A stretch of 64,000 bases of DNA from an uncultured Caldisericales bacterium (GTDB lineage: Bacteria; Caldisericota; Caldisericia; Caldisericales; Caldisericaceae), in the NCBI GenBank assembly GCA_964630915.1, contig CAZVYK010000001.1:915050-979049 (forward strand), given 5' to 3'. The translations under genes and the position numbers were made by a program. Under the pieces are notes generated by a model. It ran no database searches, was not told where the DNA came from, and worked only from the letters and a program-made list of their open reading frames with translations. Every line of letters starts with the position of its first letter. Position 1 is the first letter of the stretch. Positions 9,084-18,723 of this stretch are shown here, in pieces.

Positions 9084-10241
9084 ATGCTTCTTATAGAGCA
9101 TGGAGACATTTTCACTGTCACGAAAGGCGTCATAAGAGATGGATTCATCCTTATTGACGGGGGAAAGATTGTCGATGTTTTGGACAGGAAACCAGCAGGC
9201 AGGCACGATGAGATTAATGCGAAGGGGAAGCTCATTTTCCCAGGTTTCATTGACGCGCATTGTCATCTGGGGCTCTTTGCCCTTGAATCAGGGTTCGAGG
9301 GCTTTGACGGGAATGAGATGACAAACCCTTCTACGCCTGCCATGAGGGCGATCGATGCAATAAATCCGGACGACCCTGCCTACAAGGATGCGATTTATGC
9401 AGGAGTCACAACAATCTTCACGGGTCCTGGATCGGGAAACGTTGTCGGAGGCCAGAGTGTCATAATGAAGACTTGGGGCGGTACAGCAGACGAGATGATG
9501 GTGAGAAACCCAGCAGGGCTCAAGTGTGCTTTTGGCGAAAATCCAAAAAGGGTCTATACGGAGAAAAATGCCCTCCCAACAACGAGGATGGGCACAGCGA
9601 AGGTATTCAGGGAGACGCTTGTAAGTGCAAAGGAGTATCACGAGGCAAGGAAGAAGAAAAAGAAAGTGAAATTCGATCTCAACATGGAGGCAATCGTTAA
9701 GGTCTTCGAAGGAGAGATTCCACTGAGGATCCACTGCCACAGGGCAGATGACATCGTAACGGCAGTGAGGATCGCAAAGAAGGAGTTCGGATTGAGGGTT
9801 GTCATAGAGCATGGGACTGACTCTGCGAGGGTAAGGGACTTTCTTGCAAAAGAGGAAGTTCCGGTGGTCACCGGTCCGCTCCTCGACGTCTCACCAAAAG
9901 TTGAGACAAACAGTGCTTCTTTTGAGACGCCAAAGAAGCTTCTTGAAGCAGGAGTCTTGGTTGCCCTCATGACAGACCATCCTGTCATTCCTATACAATA
10001 TGCTCCTCTTCAGGCTGGAGTAGTCGCATACGATGGAGACCTCGGCGAAGAAAAGGCGCTGGAGCTTATAACAATAAACGCTGCCAAGATCCTGGAAATC
10101 GAGAAAGAGTACGGAAGCTTAGAAAAAGGAAAGTCTGCGGATCTTGCAATTTATGAGGGACATCCTTTCTCCACAACTGCAAGGTGCGACACGGTTATCG
10201 TTCAGGGAAAAGTTGTATTCAAAGGAGGAAAGCATGTATAG
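9084..10241 (+). CDS. Metal-dependent amidohydrolase family protein
   Basis: PGFIDAHCHLG HxH metal-binding motif, internal HCH, C-terminal D in HPFSTTARCD. Confidence 0.75.
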   Translation: MLLIEHGDIFTVTKGVIRDGFILIDGGKIVDVLDRKPAGRHDEINAKGKLIFPGFIDAHCHLGLFALESGFEGFDGNEMTNPSTPAMRAIDAINPDDPAYKDAIYAGVTTIFTGPGSGNVVGGQSVIMKTWGGTADEMMVRNPAGLKCAFGENPKRVYTEKNALPTTRMGTAKVFRETLVSAKEYHEARKKKKKVKFDLNMEAIVKVFEGEIPLRIHCHRADDIVTAVRIAKKEFGLRVVIEHGTDSARVRDFLAKEEVPVVTGPLLDVSPKVETNSASFETPKKLLEAGVLVALMTDHPVIPIQYAPLQAGVVAYDGDLGEEKALELITINAAKILEIEKEYGSLEKGKSADLAIYEGHPFSTTARCDTVIVQGKVVFKGGKHV

Positions 10242-11352
10242 AATTGATGCTGACAGGCTCTTTGACGGCAGGAAGATATATGAGGACTTTTCCATAGTCT
10301 TTGACAGTAATGGCATACACTATCTTGGAGAAAAGCTGAAGCAGAAGGAAGATAAGTTTACCCTGAAAGCAGAGTTCGTGACGCCCGGTTTCGTGGACCT
10401 TGCCTCTTCGATAGGGCTCAAGGAAGAGTCCCTCGGGAAGATCGAGGGAAACGATATGGATGAAGCGACAAACCCTCAGACTCCTGAGCTTCTTGCAATA
10501 GATGGAGTGAATCCTTACGATCCTTACTTCTTGAAAGCCATAAGGGGCGGAGTCACAAGAAGCCTCGTGCTGCCTGGTTTCTCGAACAGCATTGGAGGAA
10601 GAGGTGCTTACATATTCAACAGTGGCGAAGATGTATTGGAAATGACGATAAAGTCACCCCTGGGAATAAGGTTTTCAGTAAACACTGTCCCGAAGCAGAC
10701 TTACACAAGTCAGAAGAAAATGCCCATGACGCGGATGGGAAACGCGTACCTTATAAGGGAAGCCCTTTTCAGGGCTAAGGAGTACAAGCCTGGCAAGGAG
10801 AAGAAGTCACTCTTCATGGAGGCGCTGCAGCCTGTTCTACAGGGAAAAGACGTAGCTTTCTTTTCATCTTTCAGAGCAGATGACATAATGACAAGTGTGC
10901 GCATAAGCCAGGAGTTCAAGCTGAAAACTATCATAACAAATGCTTTTGAGGCAGACATTGTTGCAGACGAGATAAGGAGAAGAGGTATACCTGTTGCGTT
11001 TGGTCCAACGATCCTCCCGAGAGACACTTCAGAGCTGAAGCATCTTTCCGAGGAAGTTCCGGTGAAGCTCATAAAGGCAGGAGTCGAAGTCTCCTTGATA
11101 TCAGGCTTCCCGCTCTACCCAGCTGAGTATCTGAGATTATTTGCAGGCCTGCTTGTTAAGCATGGTATAGACGAGGAAACTGCGCTTAAGACGGTCACGA
11201 GCAATCCCGCATCGTTTATCGGTTGCAGGAACGGCGGAGTGATAAAGGTAGGCAAGCTTTCAGACATTGTTATATTTGATGGCCCACCATGGGAAACGAA
11301 GAGCCGAGTGAAAAAAGTCTTTGTCAAAGGGAAGGAAGTCTATAGAAGTTAG
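10234..11352 (+). CDS. Amidohydrolase-family paralog with degenerate metal-binding site
   Basis: Collinear with the upstream amidohydrolase (PGFVDLASSIG replaces PGFIDAHCHLG, so the HxH is lost). AGGAGG RBS and ATG at 10234 overlapping the upstream stop. Confidence 0.6.
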   Translation: MYRIDADRLFDGRKIYEDFSIVFDSNGIHYLGEKLKQKEDKFTLKAEFVTPGFVDLASSIGLKEESLGKIEGNDMDEATNPQTPELLAIDGVNPYDPYFLKAIRGGVTRSLVLPGFSNSIGGRGAYIFNSGEDVLEMTIKSPLGIRFSVNTVPKQTYTSQKKMPMTRMGNAYLIREALFRAKEYKPGKEKKSLFMEALQPVLQGKDVAFFSSFRADDIMTSVRISQEFKLKTIITNAFEADIVADEIRRRGIPVAFGPTILPRDTSELKHLSEEVPVKLIKAGVEVSLISGFPLYPAEYLRLFAGLLVKHGIDEETALKTVTSNPASFIGCRNGGVIKVGKLSDIVIFDGPPWETKSRVKKVFVKGKEVYRS

Positions 11353-11367
11353 TGCTGCATTCAAAAA

Positions 11368-11391
11368 AAGCCCCTAAGAGGGGCTTTTTTT
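11368..11391. terminator. Bidirectional Rho-independent terminator
   Basis: AAGCCCCT-TAAG-AGGGGCT flanked by A7 and T7. Serves the convergent genes ending at 11352 (+) and 11390 (-). Confidence 0.7.
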
Positions 11392-12151
11392 ATTCTTTCT
11401 TTATCTTAAGGGAGCTAAAGAAGTCTGTCGGAACAAGAATTATGAGGCTGTTCTGTTCTGCTCCTATCTCCTGCCATGTCTGTAACTGCCTCAGCATGAG
11501 CGCTTCTGGTGCCTCCTGCATTCTCTTTGCTGCCTCAAGGAAGATTTTGCTCGCGTCCTCTTCTGCTGCAGCTTTTATCTGCCTAGACCTCTTTTCTCTT
11601 ATTGCTTCTGCTTCTTTTGCCATTGCCCTCTTCATGTTGTCAGGAATCTCTATGTTCTTTATCTCAACGCTTGCTATGTTGATGCCCCATTCGTCTGTTG
11701 GGCCCTGAAGTACCTGCAGTATCTCCTTGCCAATTGCATCCTTGCTTGAAAGCAGCGTGTCTAGATCATACTTTCCAACGATGTCCCTCAGCCTTGACTG
11801 GGCAAGAAGAGTTGAAGCGGATACAAAGTTCTCAACTTTGATGATGGATTTCTTCGCATCAAAAACCCTGTAGTAAACGACGGCGTCAATTCTCACGGGG
11901 ACAGAGTCTTTCGTCATGACTTCCTGTGGCATGACGTCCATTGTCCTCGTACGCATGTCAACAAATCTCACTCTCTCTATGAGCGGTATGACGAATCTCA
12001 AGCCTGGAACAATTTCCCTCTTATACTTGCCGAGAAAGAATACAACTCCTCTTTGCCACTCAGGAACCACCTTTATTCCCGCCCTCAGAATCTGGATTAC
12101 AATGATTGCCAAAAATCCCCAAATGATGAATTTCCAGATTAGATAAAACAT
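11390..12151 (-). CDS. SPFH/band-7 (stomatin/HflC-like) membrane protein
   Basis: N-terminal TM helix. IKVVPEWQRGVVFFLGKY ... TKDSVPVRIDAVVYYRV ... coiled-coil C-terminus typical of the SPFH domain. Confidence 0.8.
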   Translation of the reverse strand: MFYLIWKFIIWGFLAIIVIQILRAGIKVVPEWQRGVVFFLGKYKREIVPGLRFVIPLIERVRFVDMRTRTMDVMPQEVMTKDSVPVRIDAVVYYRVFDAKKSIIKVENFVSASTLLAQSRLRDIVGKYDLDTLLSSKDAIGKEILQVLQGPTDEWGINIASVEIKNIEIPDNMKRAMAKEAEAIREKRSRQIKAAAEEDASKIFLEAAKRMQEAPEALMLRQLQTWQEIGAEQNSLIILVPTDFFSSLKIKKE

Positions 12152-12190
12152 AACACACCTCCCTCTTAAATTATAACTGTTTTGACTTGC

Positions 12191-13852
12191 TTACATCCTT
12201 CTGTATTTTTCCTTCAGTATCCTGAGTTCTTTAAGCCGTTTCTCGTTGTGGTTCTCCTTAAGGAGCTTTTCCAGGTAATCTATGCGCGCCTTTATTTTAT
12301 TCTTTTCCTTCTGCGTGTTTTCGCTGTCCTTCTTTTTGACGATCTCTTCTTTCTCGCTGAGCCTTCCTTCATCGAGGTAGTAGATCTTTTTTGCGAGGCC
12401 TTTCAATATTTCCCTGTCGTGTGTCACGAGAAGGATTGTGCCGTCAAAATTCCTCAGGGCTTCAAGAACGACCTCTTTTGATTGTATGTCGAGGTGGTTT
12501 GTGGGTTCGTCGAGGACGAGGAAATTTCCCTTTGTAAGAGAAATTTTCGCAACAAGCAGTCTTCTCTTCTCTCCTCCACTCAACTCGCCGATCTTCTTAA
12601 AGGCGTCTTCTTCTGAAAAGTTGAAGTTGCCAAGAAAGCTCCTTGCCTTTGTAACGGTGAGCCCTTCTCTGAGAAATTCTTCAAGCACCGTTGAGCTATC
12701 TTCAAGCACGAAAGAATCCTGCGGAAAGTACGCAATATCTATGCTCTCGAAAGTTCTTATGGTGCCTTCATAATTGTCTATCTTACCGGCGATGATTTTG
12801 AGAAGCGTTGACTTGCCGCTTCCGTTCCTTCCGAGTATGGCGACTCTTTCTCCCCTAAATATGGTAAGGTCTATCCCTTTTAGGACCTCTTTCTCTCCAA
12901 AATTCTTCTTAAGATCTCTAATCTCTACAACCTTCTCGCCACCGCGTCTCCCGCTCTCGATTCTTACTTCGATTTCCTTCTTTTCTCTTATTTCGGGAAT
13001 CTCAATTTTCTCTATCATCTTCTCCCTCGACTTTGCCTGGGAAGCCCGTGTCCCGTAGCGGAACTTCTCTACGAAGGCCCTGTTCTTTTCAACATATGCT
13101 AGAAGCCTCTCTCTTTCCTTTCTTATCCTCTCGTCTTCCTGTTCTCTGATTCTCTCGAATGTCTCGTAGTTCCCCGGGTACTCCCTTACGATCCCATCCT
13201 CGAGGAGGATTATGTTATCTGCAACGTTGTTAATTAGCGTCTTGTCGTGTGTTACAAGAAGGATTCCCCCCTTGAACGACTGGAGGTATTTCTCGAGATA
13301 CTCAATCGTCTCAATGTCAAGGTGATTTGTTGGTTCGTCGATTATCAGTAATTCAGGATTCATGAGGACTGCCTTAGCAATGAGGCACTTTGTCCTCTCT
13401 CCGCCGCTCATCTCTTCAAACTTCTTGTTAAGGATTTCCCTTTCAAGGCCCACTTCGTTAAGCTTTTCCAGTATGCGTGATGCGATTGCAAAGCCATCCA
13501 CTTCAGCGAACTTCTCTATGAGTCTTGCGTACTCCTCGCCGAAGTTCCTTTCCCTTTCCAGGACTGAAATCCTTTTTTCGATTCTCTTTGCTTCAAGAAA
13601 CGCCTCTTCTAGCTCTTCGAGCGCAGTCTTTCTTATTGCTTTAACTTCTTGAGGTATATAGGCGAATGTGCCCTTCACTTCTACTGACCCAGTCTCTGGC
13701 TGCATATTGCCTGCGATGATCTCAAGCAGAGTTGTCTTTCCACAACCGTTCTCGCCAATTATTGCCTTCTTTTCGCTGAAAACGGAAAAGGAAATATCTT
13801 TGAGGATTTGCCTTGCGCCAATTCTAAAAGAGATGCTGTTTACCTTAATCAT
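12191..13852 (-). CDS. ABC-F family ATPase (two ABC domains, no TMD)
   Basis: Two Walker A (GENGCGKTT, GRNGSGKST) and two LSGGE signature motifs with a charged linker. Confidence 0.85.
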   Translation of the reverse strand: MIKVNSISFRIGARQILKDISFSVFSEKKAIIGENGCGKTTLLEIIAGNMQPETGSVEVKGTFAYIPQEVKAIRKTALEELEEAFLEAKRIEKRISVLERERNFGEEYARLIEKFAEVDGFAIASRILEKLNEVGLEREILNKKFEEMSGGERTKCLIAKAVLMNPELLIIDEPTNHLDIETIEYLEKYLQSFKGGILLVTHDKTLINNVADNIILLEDGIVREYPGNYETFERIREQEDERIRKERERLLAYVEKNRAFVEKFRYGTRASQAKSREKMIEKIEIPEIREKKEIEVRIESGRRGGEKVVEIRDLKKNFGEKEVLKGIDLTIFRGERVAILGRNGSGKSTLLKIIAGKIDNYEGTIRTFESIDIAYFPQDSFVLEDSSTVLEEFLREGLTVTKARSFLGNFNFSEEDAFKKIGELSGGEKRRLLVAKISLTKGNFLVLDEPTNHLDIQSKEVVLEALRNFDGTILLVTHDREILKGLAKKIYYLDEGRLSEKEEIVKKKDSENTQKEKNKIKARIDYLEKLLKENHNEKRLKELRILKEKYRRM

Positions 13853-13910
13853 TTTCCCTGCAATTATACATTCTTTTCAAAAATTCATTTCTGTGTGGTA
13901 TTATTAAATT

Positions 13911-15041
13911 GTGAGCAAAGAAAGAATCCTGATAGTCTATGTCGATATTGGAAAGGGGCACTACAAGGCAGCAGCTGCCGTAAAGGAGGAATTTGAGCGC
14001 AGGGGAGTTCATGCTGAGATGAAAGACTTCCTCTCTCACCTTCCGAAGGCGTACCACATCTTCATGAAGGAAGCGTATCTGAGAATTGTGAAGTACTTTC
14101 CGCAGGCGTACAACCTGGCGTACAAGTTCACAACTGCTATGGACAGAAACGAAGCAAAGGTTTATGCGAACATAGTGAGCCTTTCAGTTTATCCTTTTGT
14201 CGAAAAGATGTACAGGGACTACTTGCCCGACATTGTTATTTCAACACATCCCATAACAACCCTGAGCTTTGCGCATCTGAAGGATAGAACCAAGAAAGAC
14301 TTGAAAATAGTGAGCATTCTTACTGACTTTCATCTCATAAACTTCTTCCTCGCTAGGCAGGTTGACCTTTTTGTCGTTCCGCACGAAGAAGTTGTTGAAA
14401 GTTATGTGAAGGAAAATGGCTTACCGCAGGTGAGAGTTGAGCCGTTTGGCATACCTGTGTCGAAGAAGTTCACAGAGTCCTTTTCGCCGCAGGAGGCAAA
14501 AAGAAGGCTTGGGCTAGAAAGGGAAAAGAATATTGCCCTTGTAATGGCTGGGGGACTGGGTTTTTCGCACGTGGTGGAGGTCGCGGAGGCAATAAGCGGC
14601 ACGGAGTTTGATGAGCCTGTTGCCATCGCCTGCCTTGCCGGGAAAAATAACAACGCTTTTGAAAAACTGAGAGAACTCGAAAAGACAAAGGCGAGGACAA
14701 ATAGAATCTACTATGTTGACTGGACTGATGATGTATGGCTTTACATGAAGGCTGCGTCAATGATTATCTCAAAAGCGGGAGGATCTACGATTGCAGAAGC
14801 TTCTGTAAGCTCGCTACCCTTTGTTGTTTACAAGCCAATTCCAGGCCAGGAGTACCTGAATACGAACTTCCTTCTCCAGCACAAGGCAGCACTCCATGCA
14901 AGCCACAAGGCACAACTCGGCGATTTTGTAAACGAAGTGCTGTTTAGCGGAAAAGGAGGAATGCTTAAGAGCAACATCTCAAAACTTGCAAAGCCAAAAG
15001 CAGCCGAGGATTTGGTTGATGCTGTAACCGAGCTTCTTTAA
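13911..15041 (+). CDS. GT28-family glycosyltransferase, MGDG-synthase/diacylglycerol glycosyltransferase-like
   Basis: ILIVYVDIGKGHYKAA N-terminal motif of the MGDG_synth domain, C-terminal GGSTIAEA (Glyco_tran_28_C). GTG start. Confidence 0.6.
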   Translation: MSKERILIVYVDIGKGHYKAAAAVKEEFERRGVHAEMKDFLSHLPKAYHIFMKEAYLRIVKYFPQAYNLAYKFTTAMDRNEAKVYANIVSLSVYPFVEKMYRDYLPDIVISTHPITTLSFAHLKDRTKKDLKIVSILTDFHLINFFLARQVDLFVVPHEEVVESYVKENGLPQVRVEPFGIPVSKKFTESFSPQEAKRRLGLEREKNIALVMAGGLGFSHVVEVAEAISGTEFDEPVAIACLAGKNNNAFEKLRELEKTKARTNRIYYVDWTDDVWLYMKAASMIISKAGGSTIAEASVSSLPFVVYKPIPGQEYLNTNFLLQHKAALHASHKAQLGDFVNEVLFSGKGGMLKSNISKLAKPKAAEDLVDAVTELL

Positions 15042-15508
15042 CTTAATCTGAGTGGTATTATTCCAAAGATGGCAAGCGTAACGACAGCTGCCGCGATTAA
15101 GACTCCCAGAGAAACAGCAACAAAAGCCTGTAGCTTTTTCATTCCAAATATCTCTGCTATCAGGGCACCTGAGTAAGCGCCTGTCCCGGGAAGAGGGATT
15201 GCGACAAACAGCATAAGCCCGAAGAAGCCGTACTTATCGACGACTTTCTCCGACCTTTTCTGAAGGTTCCTCAGGTAGAAGTTCACGAATCGGTCGAGTA
15301 TTTTTATTCTCTTTGCTACAAACAGGAATGCGTCCCAGAAAAGGAACACAAGGGGGGTGATAAGGATATTAATAACGGTTATCAAAAACACAATCGAAAA
15401 AGGATGCTTGTAAACGAGGAGTGCAAGTGGTATTGACCCCCTGAGCTCTATGCCAGGGACAAGAGTGAGAAGTATTACGTAAATCACTTCAACGAGGTTG
15501 TTTACCAT
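15038..15508 (-). CDS. Small integral membrane protein (DedA / small multidrug export-like)
   Basis: 4-5 predicted TM helices, PGIELRGSIP motif. No further assignment. Confidence 0.4.
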   Translation of the reverse strand: MVNNLVEVIYVILLTLVPGIELRGSIPLALLVYKHPFSIVFLITVINILITPLVFLFWDAFLFVAKRIKILDRFVNFYLRNLQKRSEKVVDKYGFFGLMLFVAIPLPGTGAYSGALIAEIFGMKKLQAFVAVSLGVLIAAAVVTLAIFGIIPLRLS

Positions 15509-15564
15509 TTCCCGTGCATTATAAGGAAAAAGCCATTAGAAGTAAAATATCTTAGGGGCAAGGC

Positions 15565-16536
15565 ATGAAAAAGAAAGTGTTTCTGTGGATTTTGGCTTTT
15601 CTCTTGTTCGTATACATTACAAGCACAATTGCTGTAAAAATATCCTATAGAAGCATAGAATCTTTGAAGGATGCTGACTCACGCTTTGTTTCAGTTTGTG
15701 GCATAAACGTACATTACAAAGTCTATGGAAACAAGCCCTTGACACTACTCATGATCCACGGCTTTGGTGCTTCTGTTTACTCGTTTGAAGACGTTGCAGG
15801 TGAGCTCTCAAGAGACTTTACGGTTGTTGCTCTTGACCTTCCGGGTTTTGGGCTTACCGAAAGAGTTTCAAAAAACTCTTGCAGTTTTGACCCCTATTCA
15901 AGAAAGGGGCAGGTCGAGATTGTTAAGAACTTTATCGAGAGCCTTGATTTGAAAGAAGTGTATGTTCTCGGTCATTCTATGGGAGGCACGGTAGCGGCAC
16001 TTCTCGCCATAAACTATCCTCAGATGGTAAAGGGCTTAATACTCGAGGACGCGGCAATTTTCGAGCAGTCTGGAAGCCCCAGTGCATTGAGATACATTCT
16101 TGGTAATCCTGTAGGAAGATATATCTTTACAGCTCTTGCATACCCTATTACGCTGAGCCTTCAAGGGCTAGTCGACAGGGCTTTTCACGACAAGAGCCTC
16201 ATTACGCCTGAAAGAATAGCAGGATACAAAAAGAGTTTGCGGGTTGAGAACTGGGACTATGGGCTTTACAGAATTCTTATTGCGGACAACTCGGCAAGCA
16301 TCATCGATAACCTCGAGAAGATAAAGATTCCGACACTTGTCATTACAGGAGAAAACGACACAATAGTCAAGGAGGAAAACTCGCAGAAGCTTTCTTCAAT
16401 GATTTCAGATGCCCGGTACGTTGTCATAAGCGAGTGCGGGCACATCCCGCACGAGGAGAAGCCCGAAGCATTTATACACGCTGTGAGGATTTTTATAAAA
16501 GGAGGCAAAACGGAGACAGGAATCCCTGCTATATGA
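15565..16536 (+). CDS. Alpha/beta-fold hydrolase
   Basis: HGFGAS oxyanion region, GHSMGG nucleophile elbow, C-terminal ECGHIPHEE (catalytic His). Confidence 0.75.
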   Translation: MKKKVFLWILAFLLFVYITSTIAVKISYRSIESLKDADSRFVSVCGINVHYKVYGNKPLTLLMIHGFGASVYSFEDVAGELSRDFTVVALDLPGFGLTERVSKNSCSFDPYSRKGQVEIVKNFIESLDLKEVYVLGHSMGGTVAALLAINYPQMVKGLILEDAAIFEQSGSPSALRYILGNPVGRYIFTALAYPITLSLQGLVDRAFHDKSLITPERIAGYKKSLRVENWDYGLYRILIADNSASIIDNLEKIKIPTLVITGENDTIVKEENSQKLSSMISDARYVVISECGHIPHEEKPEAFIHAVRIFIKGGKTETGIPAI

Positions 16537-16765
16537 CCGTTTCGCCAGGAAGCTTTCTGAGCAAAAGATAGAACAAACCCTTTTCTTGCTTTGCATTTTT
16601 GTAACTCAATTGCAAGGACAGACAGATTTGCCTAAAGGAATCTTAAAGCCAGGTTTATCTCATGAGTGCATGCACTGTTATCTAACGATTTTTCGCACTT
16701 AAACACGCCTCAAAGGCTTCTAAGCAGTTTACAGAAGTCTGCAATTGAATGGTATAATTATCCTT

Positions 16766-17443
16766 ATGAGAATCCGAGTCAACTACGAAAGGCCTTTCGA
16801 AATTGCTTACCTGGGGCATCTCGACCTCATGAGGGCGATTGAAAGAGGTCTGAGAAGAACAGGCCTTCCCCTGAGTTTCAGCGAGGGCTTCAACAAGAGG
16901 GTAAAAATAGAGATGGGATTTCCCCTGAGCGTTGGGATGGTAGGAGAAGACGAGTACTTTGACTTTTACCTTGAAGGTTTTCACGACATTGATGCAGTCA
17001 ACGAAGCGCTTTTGAGTGCATTTGAGAAGGTGATAAGAGTAAAGAGGCTCAGGGAGATGCAGGAAAAGGCAAAGTCGCTTACGGCTTACGATGCGGTTCT
17101 TGTTCACATGATTCAGGGGAAACCAGAATTAGAGGAGTCCAGGCTTTCCATCGCGGAAAAGGTTGAGAGAATTTTTGATGCAAAGAGCCTGGTGGTTTTA
17201 AGAGACGGGGAAGAAAAGGAAGTGAGGCGCTTCATCGAAAGAGTTTTCCTATTGGCAACCGGTGGCGAGCTTTGTGAGATTCTGCTTTCGATGTACTACA
17301 CGAGGATGGGGAGCATAAAGATATCAGAGTTTCTCGAAATTCTCAGGCAGTTTGACGTTCACATTGACGTCCAACTCATAAAGAGGATAAGCACTCTTGT
17401 TTTTGAGAGAGGAAGCCTTGTTTCGCCTTTTGACGCCGGTTGA
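16766..17443 (+). CDS. DUF2344 / radical-SAM-linked protein family (TIGR03936-like)
   Basis: MRIRVNYERPFEIAYLGHLDLMRAIERGLRRTGLP matches the conserved N-terminus of radical-SAM-linked DUF2344 proteins. Start moved to the ATG at 16766 because the track TTG start overlaps the TGGTATAAT -10. Confidence 0.5.
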   Translation: MRIRVNYERPFEIAYLGHLDLMRAIERGLRRTGLPLSFSEGFNKRVKIEMGFPLSVGMVGEDEYFDFYLEGFHDIDAVNEALLSAFEKVIRVKRLREMQEKAKSLTAYDAVLVHMIQGKPELEESRLSIAEKVERIFDAKSLVVLRDGEEKEVRRFIERVFLLATGGELCEILLSMYYTRMGSIKISEFLEILRQFDVHIDVQLIKRISTLVFERGSLVSPFDAG

Positions 17444-17516
17444 CTTTCCCTTCATAATTTATTCAAATTTGCTTCCTATAATTGTAATTGAAATAAAACC
17501 TTAAGGAGGTGAAGAA

Positions 17517-18605
17517 GTGAAGAAAATGAAGTGGTTATTGATCACTGTTTTAATTGCGGGGCTTGTTCTTGGAGGAATAAGTGTTGCTCTCGCAGGAAGC
17601 GGCGATGGATCCGGAACGGGCATATTTGGAAAGATGTTTGGAAGAGGTTTCAAGGCTGGTTTCAGGCTTGGAGTTGCCGATGAAAAAATTGCAGACTTCC
17701 TCGGGATTACAACTGCCGAGTTTGCAAGCGAGAGGAAGAGTGGCTCAAGCCTTGCCGAGATTGCTGCAAAGCACGGCAAGACAGAGGAAGAGCTTGTCAA
17801 TTTCATCATAACTGAGGAAAAGGCAAGACTTTCAGAGTTGCTTGCAAGCGGTAAGATCACACAGGACCAGTACAATGATGCCATTTCGAACCTTGAGAAC
17901 AGGGTAAGAGAAATGGTCGAAAGAAAAGATAATGGCAAACCCTTCCCTGGCAAGGGAATCGAGCTGTTTGAGATCAGGGACAAGATTGCAGAGTTTCTCG
18001 GAGTAAGTGAGGAGACTCTCATTCAGGCAAGACGAGACGGAAAGAGCCTCGCTGCCATTGCAGTGGAAAATGGAAAGACAGAACAGCAGCTCATAGACTT
18101 TATTTATGGAGAGGTAAAAGCGAAGCTCGACGCATTGCTTTCCGAGGGAAAGATAACACAGGTGCAGTACGAAAACATGGTTGCAGCTCTTAAGGACAGG
18201 ATCGTGCAGCTTGTTGAAAGAACAGAAGATAGACCTTTCTTAAAGAGGATTGGCGAAGCTTTCATGAAGGGTTTTGGCAGGGGCATGAAAGCGGGAATCA
18301 TCGAAGAGGATGCTTCAAAATTCCTTGGAATGACGGTTCAAGACCTCTTATCTGAGCAGAGGAGCGGCAAGAGCCTTGCTACCATTGCAGAAGAGAAAGG
18401 GAAAACAAGAGAAGCTCTCATAGAGTATCTTTACAATGAGGAAAAAGCAGAGCTTGATGCACTTCTGTCGCAGGGCAAGATTACCCAGGATCAGTACAAC
18501 ACAAGAATTGAGAATCTCAAGGATAGAATCACTCAGATTGTTGAGAGAACCTGCATAGGAAACCCTGGAAAGGGAAGAGGACAGGGCAAGGGCGGAAGGC
18601 CTTAG
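17517..18605 (+). CDS. Secreted protein with three ~100-aa tandem repeats carrying SHOCT-like motifs
   Basis: Signal peptide MKKMKWLLITVLIAGLVLGGISVALA. Three repeats each containing ..FLG.T...L...R.G.SLA.IA...GKT...L..F.Y.E.KA.L..LL..GKITQ.QY......L..R. Gly/Lys-rich C-terminus. Confidence 0.6.
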   Translation: MKKMKWLLITVLIAGLVLGGISVALAGSGDGSGTGIFGKMFGRGFKAGFRLGVADEKIADFLGITTAEFASERKSGSSLAEIAAKHGKTEEELVNFIITEEKARLSELLASGKITQDQYNDAISNLENRVREMVERKDNGKPFPGKGIELFEIRDKIAEFLGVSEETLIQARRDGKSLAAIAVENGKTEQQLIDFIYGEVKAKLDALLSEGKITQVQYENMVAALKDRIVQLVERTEDRPFLKRIGEAFMKGFGRGMKAGIIEEDASKFLGMTVQDLLSEQRSGKSLATIAEEKGKTREALIEYLYNEEKAELDALLSQGKITQDQYNTRIENLKDRITQIVERTCIGNPGKGRGQGKGGRP

Positions 18606-18635
18606 AAGAAGTTTTTATTCTTTTCAAGTTTCGCA

Positions 18636-18659
18636 AAGGCACCTTAGGGTGCCTTTTTC
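18636..18659 (+). terminator. Rho-independent terminator
   Basis: AAGGCACC-TTAG-GGTGCCTT + TTTT. Confidence 0.65.
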
Positions 18660-18723
18660 ATTCGGTGTTTGAAATGAACTCCTTTGTTTGTAAAATAGAG
18701 TACATCTCAAAGGAGGAAAAAAG

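Noticed and set aside
12182-13907. Multiple 60-110-aa plus-strand ORFs (12182-12481, 12438-12773, 12774-13058, 13362-13652, 13668-13907)
   Set aside because: They are antisense to the well-supported ABC-F ATPase gene and are Ser/Leu/Phe-rich low-complexity translations of the AG-rich coding strand.
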